Below, one piece after another: positions 13,778 through 31,875 of a stretch of DNA of 64,000 nucleotides. The DNA comes from Eimeria praecox. Taxonomy: Eukaryota. Position numbers and translations under genes: made by a program. The stretch is taken from contig OY986946.1 of NCBI GenBank assembly GCA_963920595.1, positions 5,890,001 to 5,954,000 on the forward strand, given 5' to 3'. A model generated the notes under the pieces. The model was not told where the DNA came from. It saw nothing but the letters and a program-made list of their open reading frames with translations, and searched no databases. Positions within the stretch are counted from its first letter, which is position 1, and the number at the start of each line of letters is the position of its first letter.

Positions 13778-13982
13778 AAACCCTAAACCCTAAACCCTAA
13801 ACCCTAAACCCTAGGGGCTGACTGCAGGGTGCTGCCTCAGCCAGTATCCCTCCTCTAATCTATCAAGGGTACCTTCGCGTTTTACTTAGAGCCTCAACCA
13901 TCCAAAGGGTTTAGGGTTTAGGGTTTAGGGTTTAGGGTTTAGGGTTTAGGGTTTAGGGTTTAGGGTTTAGGGTTTAGGGTTT
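13778..13982. repeat. Inverted pair of telomere-like arrays: (AAACCCT)n, ~93 bp unique spacer, (AGGGTTT)n
   Basis: AAACCCT units at 13778-13812 and AGGGTTT units at 13906-13982. Confidence 0.9.
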
Positions 13983-14127
13983 ATAGTGAGGCTGCTACAT
14001 GATGAAGCCACTAATTATGAGCTGCAGCAGAATCTGAGGGCTGCGATCAAAGCAGCAGCAGATATTGTGTGGGGCCCCTCGCAGCAGCAGATATTGTGTG
14101 GGGCCCCTCGCAGCAGCAGCTAACAGC

Positions 14128-20049
<5,922 letters not shown>

Positions 20050-20206
20050 GGCTGCATGCAGCGGCGCATGCAGCAGATGCTGCAGCGGGAGTTTACTGCT
20101 GCTGCTGCTTCTAATCCCCACTACCTGGGGAGAAGACGCCGCACGGTCAACGCAGCCAGGCGGCGCGCCGCAGGGCTCCTGCGTTCGATACCGACCAACT
20201 AATATA

Positions 20207-20240
<34 letters not shown>

Positions 20241-20263
20241 TATAGATATAGATAGATAGATAT

Positions 20264-20322
<59 letters not shown>

Positions 20323-20381
20323 TAGATATAGATATATATAGATATATATAGATATATAGATATAGATATAGATATAGATAT

Positions 20382-20412
<31 letters not shown>

Positions 20413-20852
20413 TAGATATAGATATAGATATATAGATGTAGATATAGTTATAGATATAGATATAGATACAGATATAGGTTTATATTTATATTTGTATTTA
20501 TATATGGCTTCAAATTCATGCTGAAAATACACAGAGACAGCCAGATAGGCTCAGTTCCTCAGGGCCTTCAATCGTCGCTACTTCAACAACAAACACGTTG
20601 CCAGTCAACTGCTGATGCAGCGTCTTCTCTGTTCATGCAGTGTCTAGGCAGCTACACTCGTCAGGCAGCTAGCTAAGGGCTCTAGATCTTCTACTGCTTG
20701 TAACTACTGCTGTCGGCGGGGGGATGGAGACGCTAGTCCCTCTCCGCTTAGCTGTGTCTAGCGGAGGTTGATGCATGCATGTAGCTCCTTGTAAAGGTTT
20801 TAAACTAATGAGGGCGACATAGCCGTTTAATATAACATACGACGTTAGTAGG

Positions 20853-20916
20853 GCATGCATGCATGCATGCATGCGTGCATGCATGCACTAGTAGTGCATG
20901 TATCGTGCATGCATGC
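20853..20916. repeat. TGCATGCA palindromic tandem array
   Basis: (TGCA)n run. Others occur at 15052-15072, 30439-30496, 30707-30743 and 32007-32038, and within a ~26-bp minisatellite at 32209-32378. TGCATGCA is a known abundant Eimeria octamer and an ApiAP2-type motif. Confidence 0.85.
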
Positions 20917-21172
20917 GTCTGACTCAAACCCCCTAAGGGGGTTTGAGTCTGCTTGTAGTGCTGGCAGCAAGAGGGGCTACAACCCCAAGCAGGCCCCTAC
21001 CTCTTCCTCTCATCCCCACCTCATCGTAAGGCCCTCATCAGGGCATAAGGAGACAAGGAGGGGAAGCCAGCGGCTCCTACAGAAGTCAGCATCACCATAT
21101 GCGGTGTAAGATATTAAACGCATGGGTTGGATGTGAAAGACTGCATGCATGGTCTTGAAGAAATATCTATCG

Positions 21173-21288
<116 letters not shown>

Positions 21289-21649
21289 ATATTATATATT
21301 ATATAACTATTCTCTTCACTGTAGTTAACAACCTTAAGGAGGGCTATCAGTGGTCAGAGCGAAAGAGATGAAGCCAACTTCAACGCAGAGCAGAGGCAAC
21401 TCTGCCTCTGCATGGGATATGCCTTAGTCGTCTTGATGATATTTCGAAGGCCGAGTAGATCCTAGCAAATTAATTAATTAATTAATTAATTAATTAACTA
21501 CACCCGAAGCAAGAAAGAAGAAAAGACACAATTGATGAATGAGTCCTCAGGTATACTTAGTAACAGATACACTCCGACTGTTCGGACACCCCATCGAGTA
21601 TGCTAACGGTGCAGCAGCAGGTTTTATTCTCAGGTTCAGGCAGCCCTTG

Positions 21650-24451
21650 TATTGAAGGGGAGGATATCGAATAGACAGCACAGGGTATCGAATAGACAGC
21701 ACACGAAGTGTTTAGAAATATAAAGATTCAACCCTCAAATAAGGCAGAGAGCTCTTGTTTAAATTATTTGTGATGGCAAAGAAAAAAAAAGGAAAGTGGC
21801 ACATACATACATGTCTAGTTAAGAAAACTTGAGAAAATAATAATAATACGACAGTTTTATAGGCCTCTGACCGATGAACTGATCGGCGGCTGGCTGAAAG
21901 CATCAGTAGTTTATTCAGGATTAGGCTTCGCTTATACATCTTTCTAATCCCCCATACATCTCTACCACCACCCTACGAGAGCATTATATGTCAGTATGCA
22001 CGAAGTAGAGGATCCTTGTGGCTAGTGAGGGGACCTTCCGAAGAGCAGACGACGACAGGCCAATCAAGATTGATTGATCCTAGAAAATTGAGGCTGAATG
22101 TTCTATGCATGGATGAGGTACTTGTCTATAGCCCCAAACTTTAGGTGAACACCTGCAGCACCTCCTTGACGTGACGTGACAGTTAATTTTTTGTAAACGA
22201 CAAGAGTGTTTGCTTTGCAGGTTTGCAACTAGCTTCTTAGGATTTCGTGTCTCTGCAGCAGGATTCGAACCTGATTCAACGAAGATAGGTATTATTCGAG
22301 TGTTGTAGTGTCCCCTTTATAATTGCATGAACGTTGAGAAGGTCCTATGTCATGCATTGTACTTCTGCAACTTTACCCCTGGATCCGGTTGCATCTTTTT
22401 TTTCTTTTATAATGGTTTTAATTTTAATGATGGACTCAAGGGGAACAAACAACTTGTTAAGGCATGGAAAGAAGTAGAAGTAGAAGCCGCACTCGGGCTC
22501 CTTAATTTAGGACAGCCCTTCTTCTTAACAACCCCTACTAATGAAACAGAAGGTGGGTTGTTGCTGTCTGAGGAGGCCGGCGACTCAGATAGACACCAAA
22601 CAATCGCTTGCTGCTCGCAATTGTTAAAGCAAAAGAAACAAAAGTATCGGGCACGTGAGACAGAGCGCCATGCGGTCTGATGTGGATAACCCACGTTTCG
22701 GCATTACTTAAATGGCAAGCATTTCACTATTTTTGACGAGCAACCAACCCCAGCCCCACTTGACGAAGAGAGTGTCATAAAGAAAGGACATTTTCGGTGG
22801 TGGTCTCGATGACTCATGCAGCAAGACATCACAACGACGTAGATCATGGCTAACGCCAATGTGGCAACTGTGGCATTCTCCCGACGCCATCCCGCTCGGG
22901 CACTCCGTTCCCCATCTGTGCTTGTCTGTGACAGTCCTCAATTTGTTTAGTTCTGTTAAATTCTACCCTTCCTACTTCTTGGATACTAATGCAGATGCAC
23001 TCCTTGTCAAATTGAGCGACAGACATTAAGCGCTGCAGCACACACGACGATCTGTTGCAGTACAAACAAAGAGTAGACTACGTCTATTACGCTGTCCATC
23101 TCCACTTCTTACTGCTGTTGTGTGCTCAGTGCACAGCCAGGCCTTAGCTGAGCTTGGCGCCGTCACTTTAGCATTTGAGATGGTGACTAGATCCGCCTGG
23201 TGCTCTAGGATACGCTGAACGCCCGAGACGTACGCCTTCACTTATCCAGCATGGCAAAGGCTAGACGCTCCGGCTCCGGGGCACCGGGAATGTTTGCTGA
23301 TTTGGTTGAGGGGCTTGCACTTGGCGCATACGAGCTAACTCTCTTTATTATTCTTCGCCAGCACTGGGTTGTGTCCAAAATTCCTAATCAGCAGTTAAAC
23401 TTTGCTTTCCTTCAGCAGTTCGTTTGCTTGCCACCCGATTGCCTCTCCCAACGGTGGGGCTCTTTTCTTTCTTGAGAGCGCAGCTTGGGAGGTGTGCCAG
23501 GAGTGAGTCCGCAGCGACGCATTGGCATCCAGCAGGTGGACGGCCCGCTAGGCACTGGCTTCTATTTAGTGCAACTGAACATTCTTACCTCAATTGTGCA
23601 TGTTTCGGTTGTTCCTCTCGTGCTAACTAAAGCGAACAAATCCAAACTTGCCGTTGCCGTGAGAGCACGACCTCGAAGTGTTTGCCTGTCAACACTGTCT
23701 CTGGTAGTTCCGCTGCACTTCGTTGGAGCCTCCTCGCTCCTTTGTTGAGAAATTAATTTTATGCATCTGGGTACACTGTTTGCAGATGCGGTAGGGAGCG
23801 CTGATAAGGGCACTCTCTCATCGGTTCCTTACAGACAGACCTCCCTACCATCGCCCGGATATCGCGAGAACGCCTTCTATTGAGTTATCCAGAGCAAGTT
23901 TGTCATTTTGTGCTGATGAAGTGAACAAACGTGAAAGACTTGTATCATGGTAACATGATCCTTATCTGCATGCACTTTTATCGATTCGCTTGTCGTGGCT
24001 GCCACTCGCGAGGCGCAGTCGCATAGACGTCTACAAGGAGTAGACAAATAGGGTCAGACACCTTGCGGTAGCTTTATGCACCAGAGGACCAGATCTACTT
24101 TGCAGCATGCTTGAAGTAGTGGTAGCCACATCTTACCATTAAGAGGAGCTTGGAACAACAATGCTCACTCAAGGTGGATCTGCGGCTACAGCTGCAACCT
24201 TTATCTAGCTAATCACTGCACCGGACGTTGCCTGGGGGCCAGGCCGTTTCCTCGTGCGCGACGTGTGTTCCCCTGGATGCGCTGATCAGATTGGGCAAGC
24301 AGTCCTGTACGTCTTTTCTTACTCTATCAAAGTCTAATCAACTTACCCGCTTTGCTGTACAGGAAAAAGATTATTCTTTTTATAGGCCGCCCCTTCCTCC
24401 TGAATGCTTCCTTAGTTACCCTCGTTTCTTTCCTTTTGGGGGAGGGGAGGA
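21650..24451 (+). mobile_element. Highly decayed Ty3/gypsy (chromovirus-like) LTR retrotransposon pol remnant
   Basis: Collinear frameshifted fragments. RT: CMDEVLVYS (22106, position of YLDDILIYS), GEHLQHLLDV, SFLGFRVSAAGFEPDSTKIGII. RNase H: PFFLTT...TIACCSQLLKQKKQKYRARETERHAV*CG*PTFRHYLNGKHFTIF. Integrase-like: ADLVEGL...LPPDCLSQRWGSFLS...QQVDG. Purine tract at 24438-24451. The order RT-RNaseH-IN is the gypsy order. Boundaries approximate; no LTR pair recognised. Confidence 0.8.
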
Positions 24452-26293
24452 CAGCGGCAGGGCATGCACTTTCTCAACAACTACCGGCTCTGTACGTGGG
24501 TCATGTGCGAAGCCTTGTTCTTCTTTCCGATAGCTGAACAAAACGTAGGTCGTGTGTTTAGTAGAGGCATTTCTATTTCTGGGATTACGTAATGAATATG
24601 AAACGCTACATTAATAACTACAGGATCTGTACCTGGGGCATTATCCAAGCCCGCTTCTTCCTTCTGACTGGGAGATGTGGGATACGCGTTTTTGTTTCCT
24701 TGGTGTTTAAGGACTCCACTGTCTCCGTGAGCTAATCTATTTCACCCCTCGTATCCCTCTTCTCTGGCGAAACGATTACGGCCATTTACCTGGTTACAAC
24801 CCTACGATGAATGCTTAATGCGAAGACTGTGAATCCACCCAGCTTAAGAACCGCTATATCCGCATGCATGTCTCTTTCTATAGCTCCCCTTGCCTACGCC
24901 TTCTTACATCTACCACGTCCTGTCCCTCTTCCCAACCTAGGGAAAACTCAATATCGCATCAAAATGCAGGAATGCACCCATGGACGCAGCAAAGATGTAC
25001 TCTTGCTTAGGTAGATCGCTCATTCTTGTGGTGTGGTGTACCTACCTATAAGAGATATACATATCGAACACGGCGTACAGGCACAAGCGCCTTCCATGAA
25101 GTGCAGATAGTGCTGCCCTTCCCTCAACCCGAGAAGACGCTTAGAGCCGCCGGAGATCATTCCCCGATCATTCTCGATTATTCGCGGGAGGAAAAGGCTG
25201 AGACGCTTGCAATAATTTCAAGAAAAGTATAGAATATCCCCCTTTCCCCCAGGGCAAACAGCCTCAACATCTAATTAGTATTAGGCATCAGGCCACCAAG
25301 GGGTGGAGGTGGGGGCTCGCAGCAAGCGCCTGCCCTCAGCAGTGATGCTCTGTTAATACGTATAACGAAAGCCATCAAGGACACCGTGGGACCGCTGCTA
25401 GCTGCCATACACTAGCGGCAGAGCCTGAGGACGTTGCCCCCAGTGTCTCGGGATGTTGGAGATGTGTTTAGCTTTTATTTGAAATCCTGATTCATATGTA
25501 TTTTGATTCTATCGCAGCTTGCTATGGTCTCTCTACCTAAGATCGAGAATGCCCCCTGTAGCCGCTATATCGAAGACGCCCCATCATTATAGAGGAGGGG
25601 ATCTCCGTTGTTTTTTTTCTAGTTCTTTATTTACAAGTATTTTGATTCTATTGCAGCTCATGATGGTCTTAGTATAAGATGATGGGCTGTCTATACACTG
25701 CAACTCTCCCTTAACGACTATGTTGCCTCCATATTATATACCCGCAGGCCTCGTTTTGATGCATGCACTACGCATGCAGCAGGTTATTAAACAATTAATT
25801 AACTTAGATTTTATGAGAGAGCTTAGGACGAAGTAGAAATAGAATGAGTATGTGCCTTGGGAGCGAGCATGGGGTTGCTCCTCTCTTCGGGTGTATGTAC
25901 AGGTGCTTTGGTCTTACAATGATAGATCCAACGATATGAATACATTCGTATGTTTGTATATAATTAAAATAGTAATAATACAAACAAATATAAATAAAAA
26001 AGTATAAATAATTAACAATAATAAAATAAACTTAGAAAGCCCCAAGGCCTAGGGAGGGAGAGAGAACCTGAGCGGGCGCAGGGAGCAGGAGCATCATCCT
26101 TTGTAGTGTTGTTGCTGCAATGTCTTTTGTATGTTTTATTGTTTATATTTATATATATATTATTGTTTTTATATTTATTTATTTAAATAATATTTGTCTT
26201 TTATAATAAAGAGAGAAACAACACCCTCAGCATAGAAAATAACACAGAGAGAGCCACAATCGCAACAACTGTAGGAGCCCTTCCCCTCCCTAG

Positions 26294-26324
<31 letters not shown>

Positions 26325-26532
26325 ATAGCAGCAAGGACATCAACAAGCAAGCAAGTAGGGGCTCTTGTATGTTTTGAATCCAATAAATAAATATTATTTA
26401 ATTATATTATATTAATTTGTTGTTTATTTTATATTAATTAACCCCAGAAACATATCCTACCATAGATTGAATGTGAGGCTGCTCTCGCCCGGAGGCCTAG
26501 TAGACCTTACGACTTCGTTCTAAGGCTCACAA

Positions 26533-26570
<38 letters not shown>

Positions 26571-26821
26571 ACAGCAGCAGCAACAGCAGCAGCAAGAGGA
26601 GCATATAAATATCTATATATATTGTTTATAGTTGTATATTCTCTTGTTGTTGTTTATATCTTGTTCCTCTACGCCTTACTCTCTTCCTTCCCTCGGGCTT
26701 CCCCCGTGTACACAATTCTGTTGTTATATCTTCTCCTCCCCCTTGTTTTTTTTTATAAGGGGATATAATTGAGGTGTATAGACACATATGCTGCTGAGGG
26801 ATATCTAAGAAGATATACAAT

Positions 26822-28170
26822 ATGTCTAGTGGCAGGAGGCGTCGGGGGGCGGATGAGGGGAAGCCCAAGAAGAAGAGCAAGAAGACGCGGAACTCGTCCC
26901 CTAACACATCATCAAAGATAGTAGGAGGAGACGAAGCTGCTTCATCTAAATCTCAAAAGCCTGTTGCTGCAGACATCCTTAAAGAGCAGCAGCAACAGCA
27001 ACAGCAGCAGGAACAACAGCAGCAGCAACAGCAGCAGCAGCAAAAGCAACAGCAACAAAAACAACGTCGTTCCTCCATTTCTTCTCGTAGCTCTGGGAGT
27101 CGATCCCAATCCCGATCCCGATCCCGATCCCGATCCCGATCCCCTTCCCCACAAGAGAAGGCCAGTGAGAGCGACAACTTCTGGGCTAAACAAGCATCAG
27201 CATGGGTATCTAATAAAACATCGGAGCAGGGCCCCACAGCCCTCATGGCTCTTATAGCAACACAGGCTGCTGTACAGATGGCTTCCCAGGCAGAGGGAGC
27301 TGCTGCTGCTGCTGCTGCTGCTGCAGGGCCTCAAGGGGGGGGCCCCCCTCATCCTGGTTCTAGGGGGGCAGCAGGGGGACCCCGAGGGGGCCCCAGAGGA
27401 GGAGGGGCCCCACCGCCTCCACCCCCATTTGGGGATCCAACTAAGGGGGGAGGGGCCCCTCCCTTCCCCCCACATCTATCGATGCCTGGGGGTCTAGGGG
27501 TGCCGCCGCCCCCCATGGGGCCCCCTATGGGGCCCCCTATGGGGCCCCCCATGGGGGGCCCAGGGGGTATGTCGATGCCGGGGGGGGCCCCACCTCCACC
27601 AGGATTCCAGGGGGCCCCTGGGGCCTCCTTCTTAGCTAGCATAGGAGGAGGGTATGTACCCCCTGGGGGCCTCGGGACAGGGGGCCCCCATCAGGGGGCC
27701 CCAGGGCAAACAGCCCCGGGATCAGCAGCAGCAGCAGCAGCATCTGGTGCTGCTGTTCCTAATGCTGCAGCAGGTGAGCTAGTTGTGTCTTTGTTTATTT
27801 TTATGTTTGATATTATATTTGTTTCTGGTGTCTCTTCTCTATCTCTTCCTTCTCTTGTTGTATTTGTTTACTGTCTCCTCTGTCTCTCCTTTCTGTCTCC
27901 TCTATTTCTGCTGTCTCCTCTGGGGCTGCATGCGCTGCTATGTTGCTGTCTTGTTGCTTCTCGTAGGAGGAACGGAGGGGCCCCGGGGGGCCCCCTCTTC
28001 AGGGAAGGGTATCCCTCAATGGCTGCGTGAGGTGGTGTTAGAGGCAGGCAATCAACAAAAAAATAAGAAAGAGAATAGAGAGGGAGAAGATAAAGAAGAA
28101 GGTTAGTCTCTGCTGCTGGTGTTGCTGTTGCTGCTGTTGTTGCTGCTGCTGTTGTTGGTGCTGCTGCTGT

Positions 28171-28209
<39 letters not shown>

Positions 28210-28567
28210 ATTGTGTCTCTTTATTGTTTGGGGGAAATCGAGGGGAGAAAAAGGAGACAGTAGTACGTAGTTTAGGGTGTGGGGTATGCTGCTGCTGCTG
28301 CAGCTGCTGCTGCTGCAGCAGCAGCAGCAGCAGCAGCTGCAGCTGCTGCTGCAGCAAGTGTCTCCATTTGAGTGTTGTGCTTTGCTGCTGCAGGGGGGCA
28401 GTTGCTTACTCCTTCTTCTAAGGGGGGGAACTCTCCTAGGGCAGTGTCTCCTGCTCGATCCGATAAGGGAGGCGAGGACGCATCTGAGGGCTCAAAGACA
28501 GCAGCAGCAGCATCTGAAACAGCAACAACAACAGCAGCAGCAGCAACAACAACAGCAACAACAACAA

Positions 28568-28602
<35 letters not shown>

Positions 28603-28780
28603 CCTCCTCTTGTAGACCAGATCAAGGAAGCCGTCACAGAGATATTAGCTGCGGTGACAGACGAAATATTTAGAGAAGCAGCGAGAGAGGCGATCAGCAA
28701 TCATAGAAGAAAACAAAGAATAGTGGGAAAGACTACAATTGGGGTTAGGCTACAAGGCTCGGGGGCTGGGGCTGAGGGGG

Positions 28781-28841
<61 letters not shown>

Positions 28842-29972
28842 ACAGAAACAACCAGAGGCTATCGGAGGGATGAAGAAAGAGGAACAAGAGAAAATGCGTG
28901 GAGTCCTTAATGCTGAAGGTTAGAGAGGAGACACACAGAAACAGAGACAGAGACAGAGACAGACAGAGACAGACAGAGACAGACAGGGACAGAGACACAC
29001 AGAGACAGAGACAGACAGACAGAGACAGACAGAGACAGACAGGGACAGACAGGGACAGAGACACACAGAGACAGAGACAGAGACACACAGAGACAGAGAC
29101 AGAGACAGAGACAGACAGAGACAGACAGGGACAGAGACAGACAGACAGAGACAGACAGAGACAGACAGACAGACAGGCAGATAGATAGATAGACAGATAC
29201 AGATAAAGATAGACAGACAGACAGACAAACAGACACATCTACTGTCTCCTTTCTGTCCTTAGGGGTTTATATACCTCAGGAATAGATCAAGTGCTGTCTC
29301 TGTGTCTGTTTCTGTCCCTCTCTGTCTCTTCTTCTGTCTCTGTCTTCGTTTCTCTGCGCCTCGCTGTCTCTTCCTGTCTCTGTCTCATTCTTTTGGGGCT
29401 TGTAGAGATATGTCTGCTGCTGCTGCTGTTGCTGCTGCTGTAGCACGTAGAACTACACCTGCTGCTGCTGCTGCTGCTGCAGTGTATATACACCTGGACT
29501 GTACAGGCATCTGTATAGGAACCGGTGCTTGAGGGGTTGCCCCTGAGGTGTATATACACCTCAGAGAACACCCCATCTGTCTTCTCTCTGTCTCCTATTT
29601 GTCCCCTCTCTGTCTCTTATCTGTCTCCTCTCTCTCTCTGCTGTCTCCCTCTTGTCTGTCTCGTGGCTTCTGTCTTCTGTCTGTCTCCTCTCTGTCTGTT
29701 TCTAATCTGTCTCCTCTCTGTCTCCTGTCTCCTTTGTGTCTGCTTCAGTTCTTTCTGTGGGGGCTTATCGCTGTCCCCCCAGCGCGACGGCTCCTCCTCC
29801 GGGTGTCTTTACAGTAGTTATATATGAAGACGGAGTAGTAAGATTATGTTTTGTTCTTCTTGTCTTTCTTTCTTGTTTTGTGCCTCTTCTTGCTTGTCTA
29901 TCTATCTATCTATATCTATATCTATATCTATCTACCTATCTATCTATCTATCTATCTATATATATATATATA

Positions 29973-30025
<53 letters not shown>

Positions 30026-31168
30026 TGTGTCTCCTCGTGTCTTTGTTTTTCTCTCTGTTGTGTCTTGTTTGTTGCTGATTGTTTTTTCTTGTGTTTGTTC
30101 TTCTGTCTTTGTCTTTGTTTCTTCTCGCCTCTTTCTGTTTGTCTTTGTTTGTCTTTGTTTGTATTTCTCTTTGTCTTTGTTTGTATTTGTTTGATTTTGT
30201 CTCTCTCTTACTTTGTTTGTCTTTGTTTATATTTGTTTGTCTTTGTTTGTCTTTGTTTATATTTGTTTGTCTTTGTTTGTATTTGTTTGTATTTGTTTGT
30301 ATTTGTTTGTATTTGTTTGTATTTGTTTGTATTTGTTTGTATTTGTTTGTATTTGTTTGTATTTGTTTGTATTTGTTTGTATTTGTTTGTATTTGTTTGT
30401 CTCTATTTGTCTCTGTTTCATCCTCCTTAACAATTTCGTGCATGCATGCATGCATGCATTTATCAATCTGTCTGCATGCATGCATGCATGCATGCAATTG
30501 TGTGTGTGTGTGTGTGTGTGTGTGTGATGGTTTGGGGCTGTTTAGGAGTTTGCTAGGGTACCCTTCAACGGCACGCATCTGTTGTTTGGTAGTAGCAACA
30601 AACACGCAAATATTATAGATAATCATGTAAGAGGAGAAGACACTTGTCTCTCTATCTTTAAGACTGATGTTGCTGATGATGATGGAGATGTTCCCTCCTT
30701 TTGGGGCTGCATGCATGCATGCATGCATGCATGCATGCATGCAGCCCCAAAAGGAGACACCTCTGTACCTGTTTAGAACATTCACAGTTTTACATGTTTT
30801 TATACGAGCTGTAGAACAGAACGAGCGGAGACAAATACAATTTAAGCCGGAGACAGAAGAGACACAGATAAAGGGGACAGCATTGAGTATATATATATAA
30901 AGAGACAACATAAATATTTAAGGAGACAGTAGAATATATAATCTAATCTTATGTTTATTATGTTATGTTCATTGTTAGTACAGTATACAATATCAGTATA
31001 AATATAATAGAGAGAGACAACATTTTGAAAGGAGACAGTAGAATATATAAAATAATATTGTGTGTATTATGTATAGAGAGATAGTAGTTGAAAAGGAGAC
31101 AGTAGAATATATAATTCGATGTTGTGTGTGTTTTGTTTACTTCCACCATAGAATACAATCTCAGTATA

Positions 31169-31247
<79 letters not shown>

Positions 31248-31812
31248 GAGACAGTAGAGAGTAGCCTTTCTACTCGAATATTGTGTGTGTTATGTTTGAT
31301 TTAACTACAGAATACAATATCAGGGCAGCAGTGTGCTGTCTACTACTCTACTAAGCAACTACATCAACAGGGGGGCTGTTTCTTCTTACAGCCGTTAGGA
31401 GGAGAGACCCGTCTCTTACCAAATAAGAATGTGCCTTTCTTACATCAAACAATAAAGGAGACACTTAATGAGAAGAAGAGTAAAAGAAGTATATCCTCAT
31501 TTATTTCTAAACATAAAGATCTATGGATTGATTGGAAGCCTTCACCAAATGAGGGAACTGTTGTAGCTGCAGGAGACGAACGCCTAGCTCTTACAGATCA
31601 ACGAGTTAGTCTTATTATATTTCTATCTGTATCTGTATATCTATCTATATCTATATCTATATCTATATCTATATCTATATCTATATCTATATCTATATCT
31701 ATATCTATATCTATATATCTATATCTATATCTATATATCTGTATCTATATCTATATCTATATCTATATATCTATATCTATATCTATATCTATATCTATAT
31801 CTATCTATCTAT

Positions 31813-31875
<63 letters not shown>

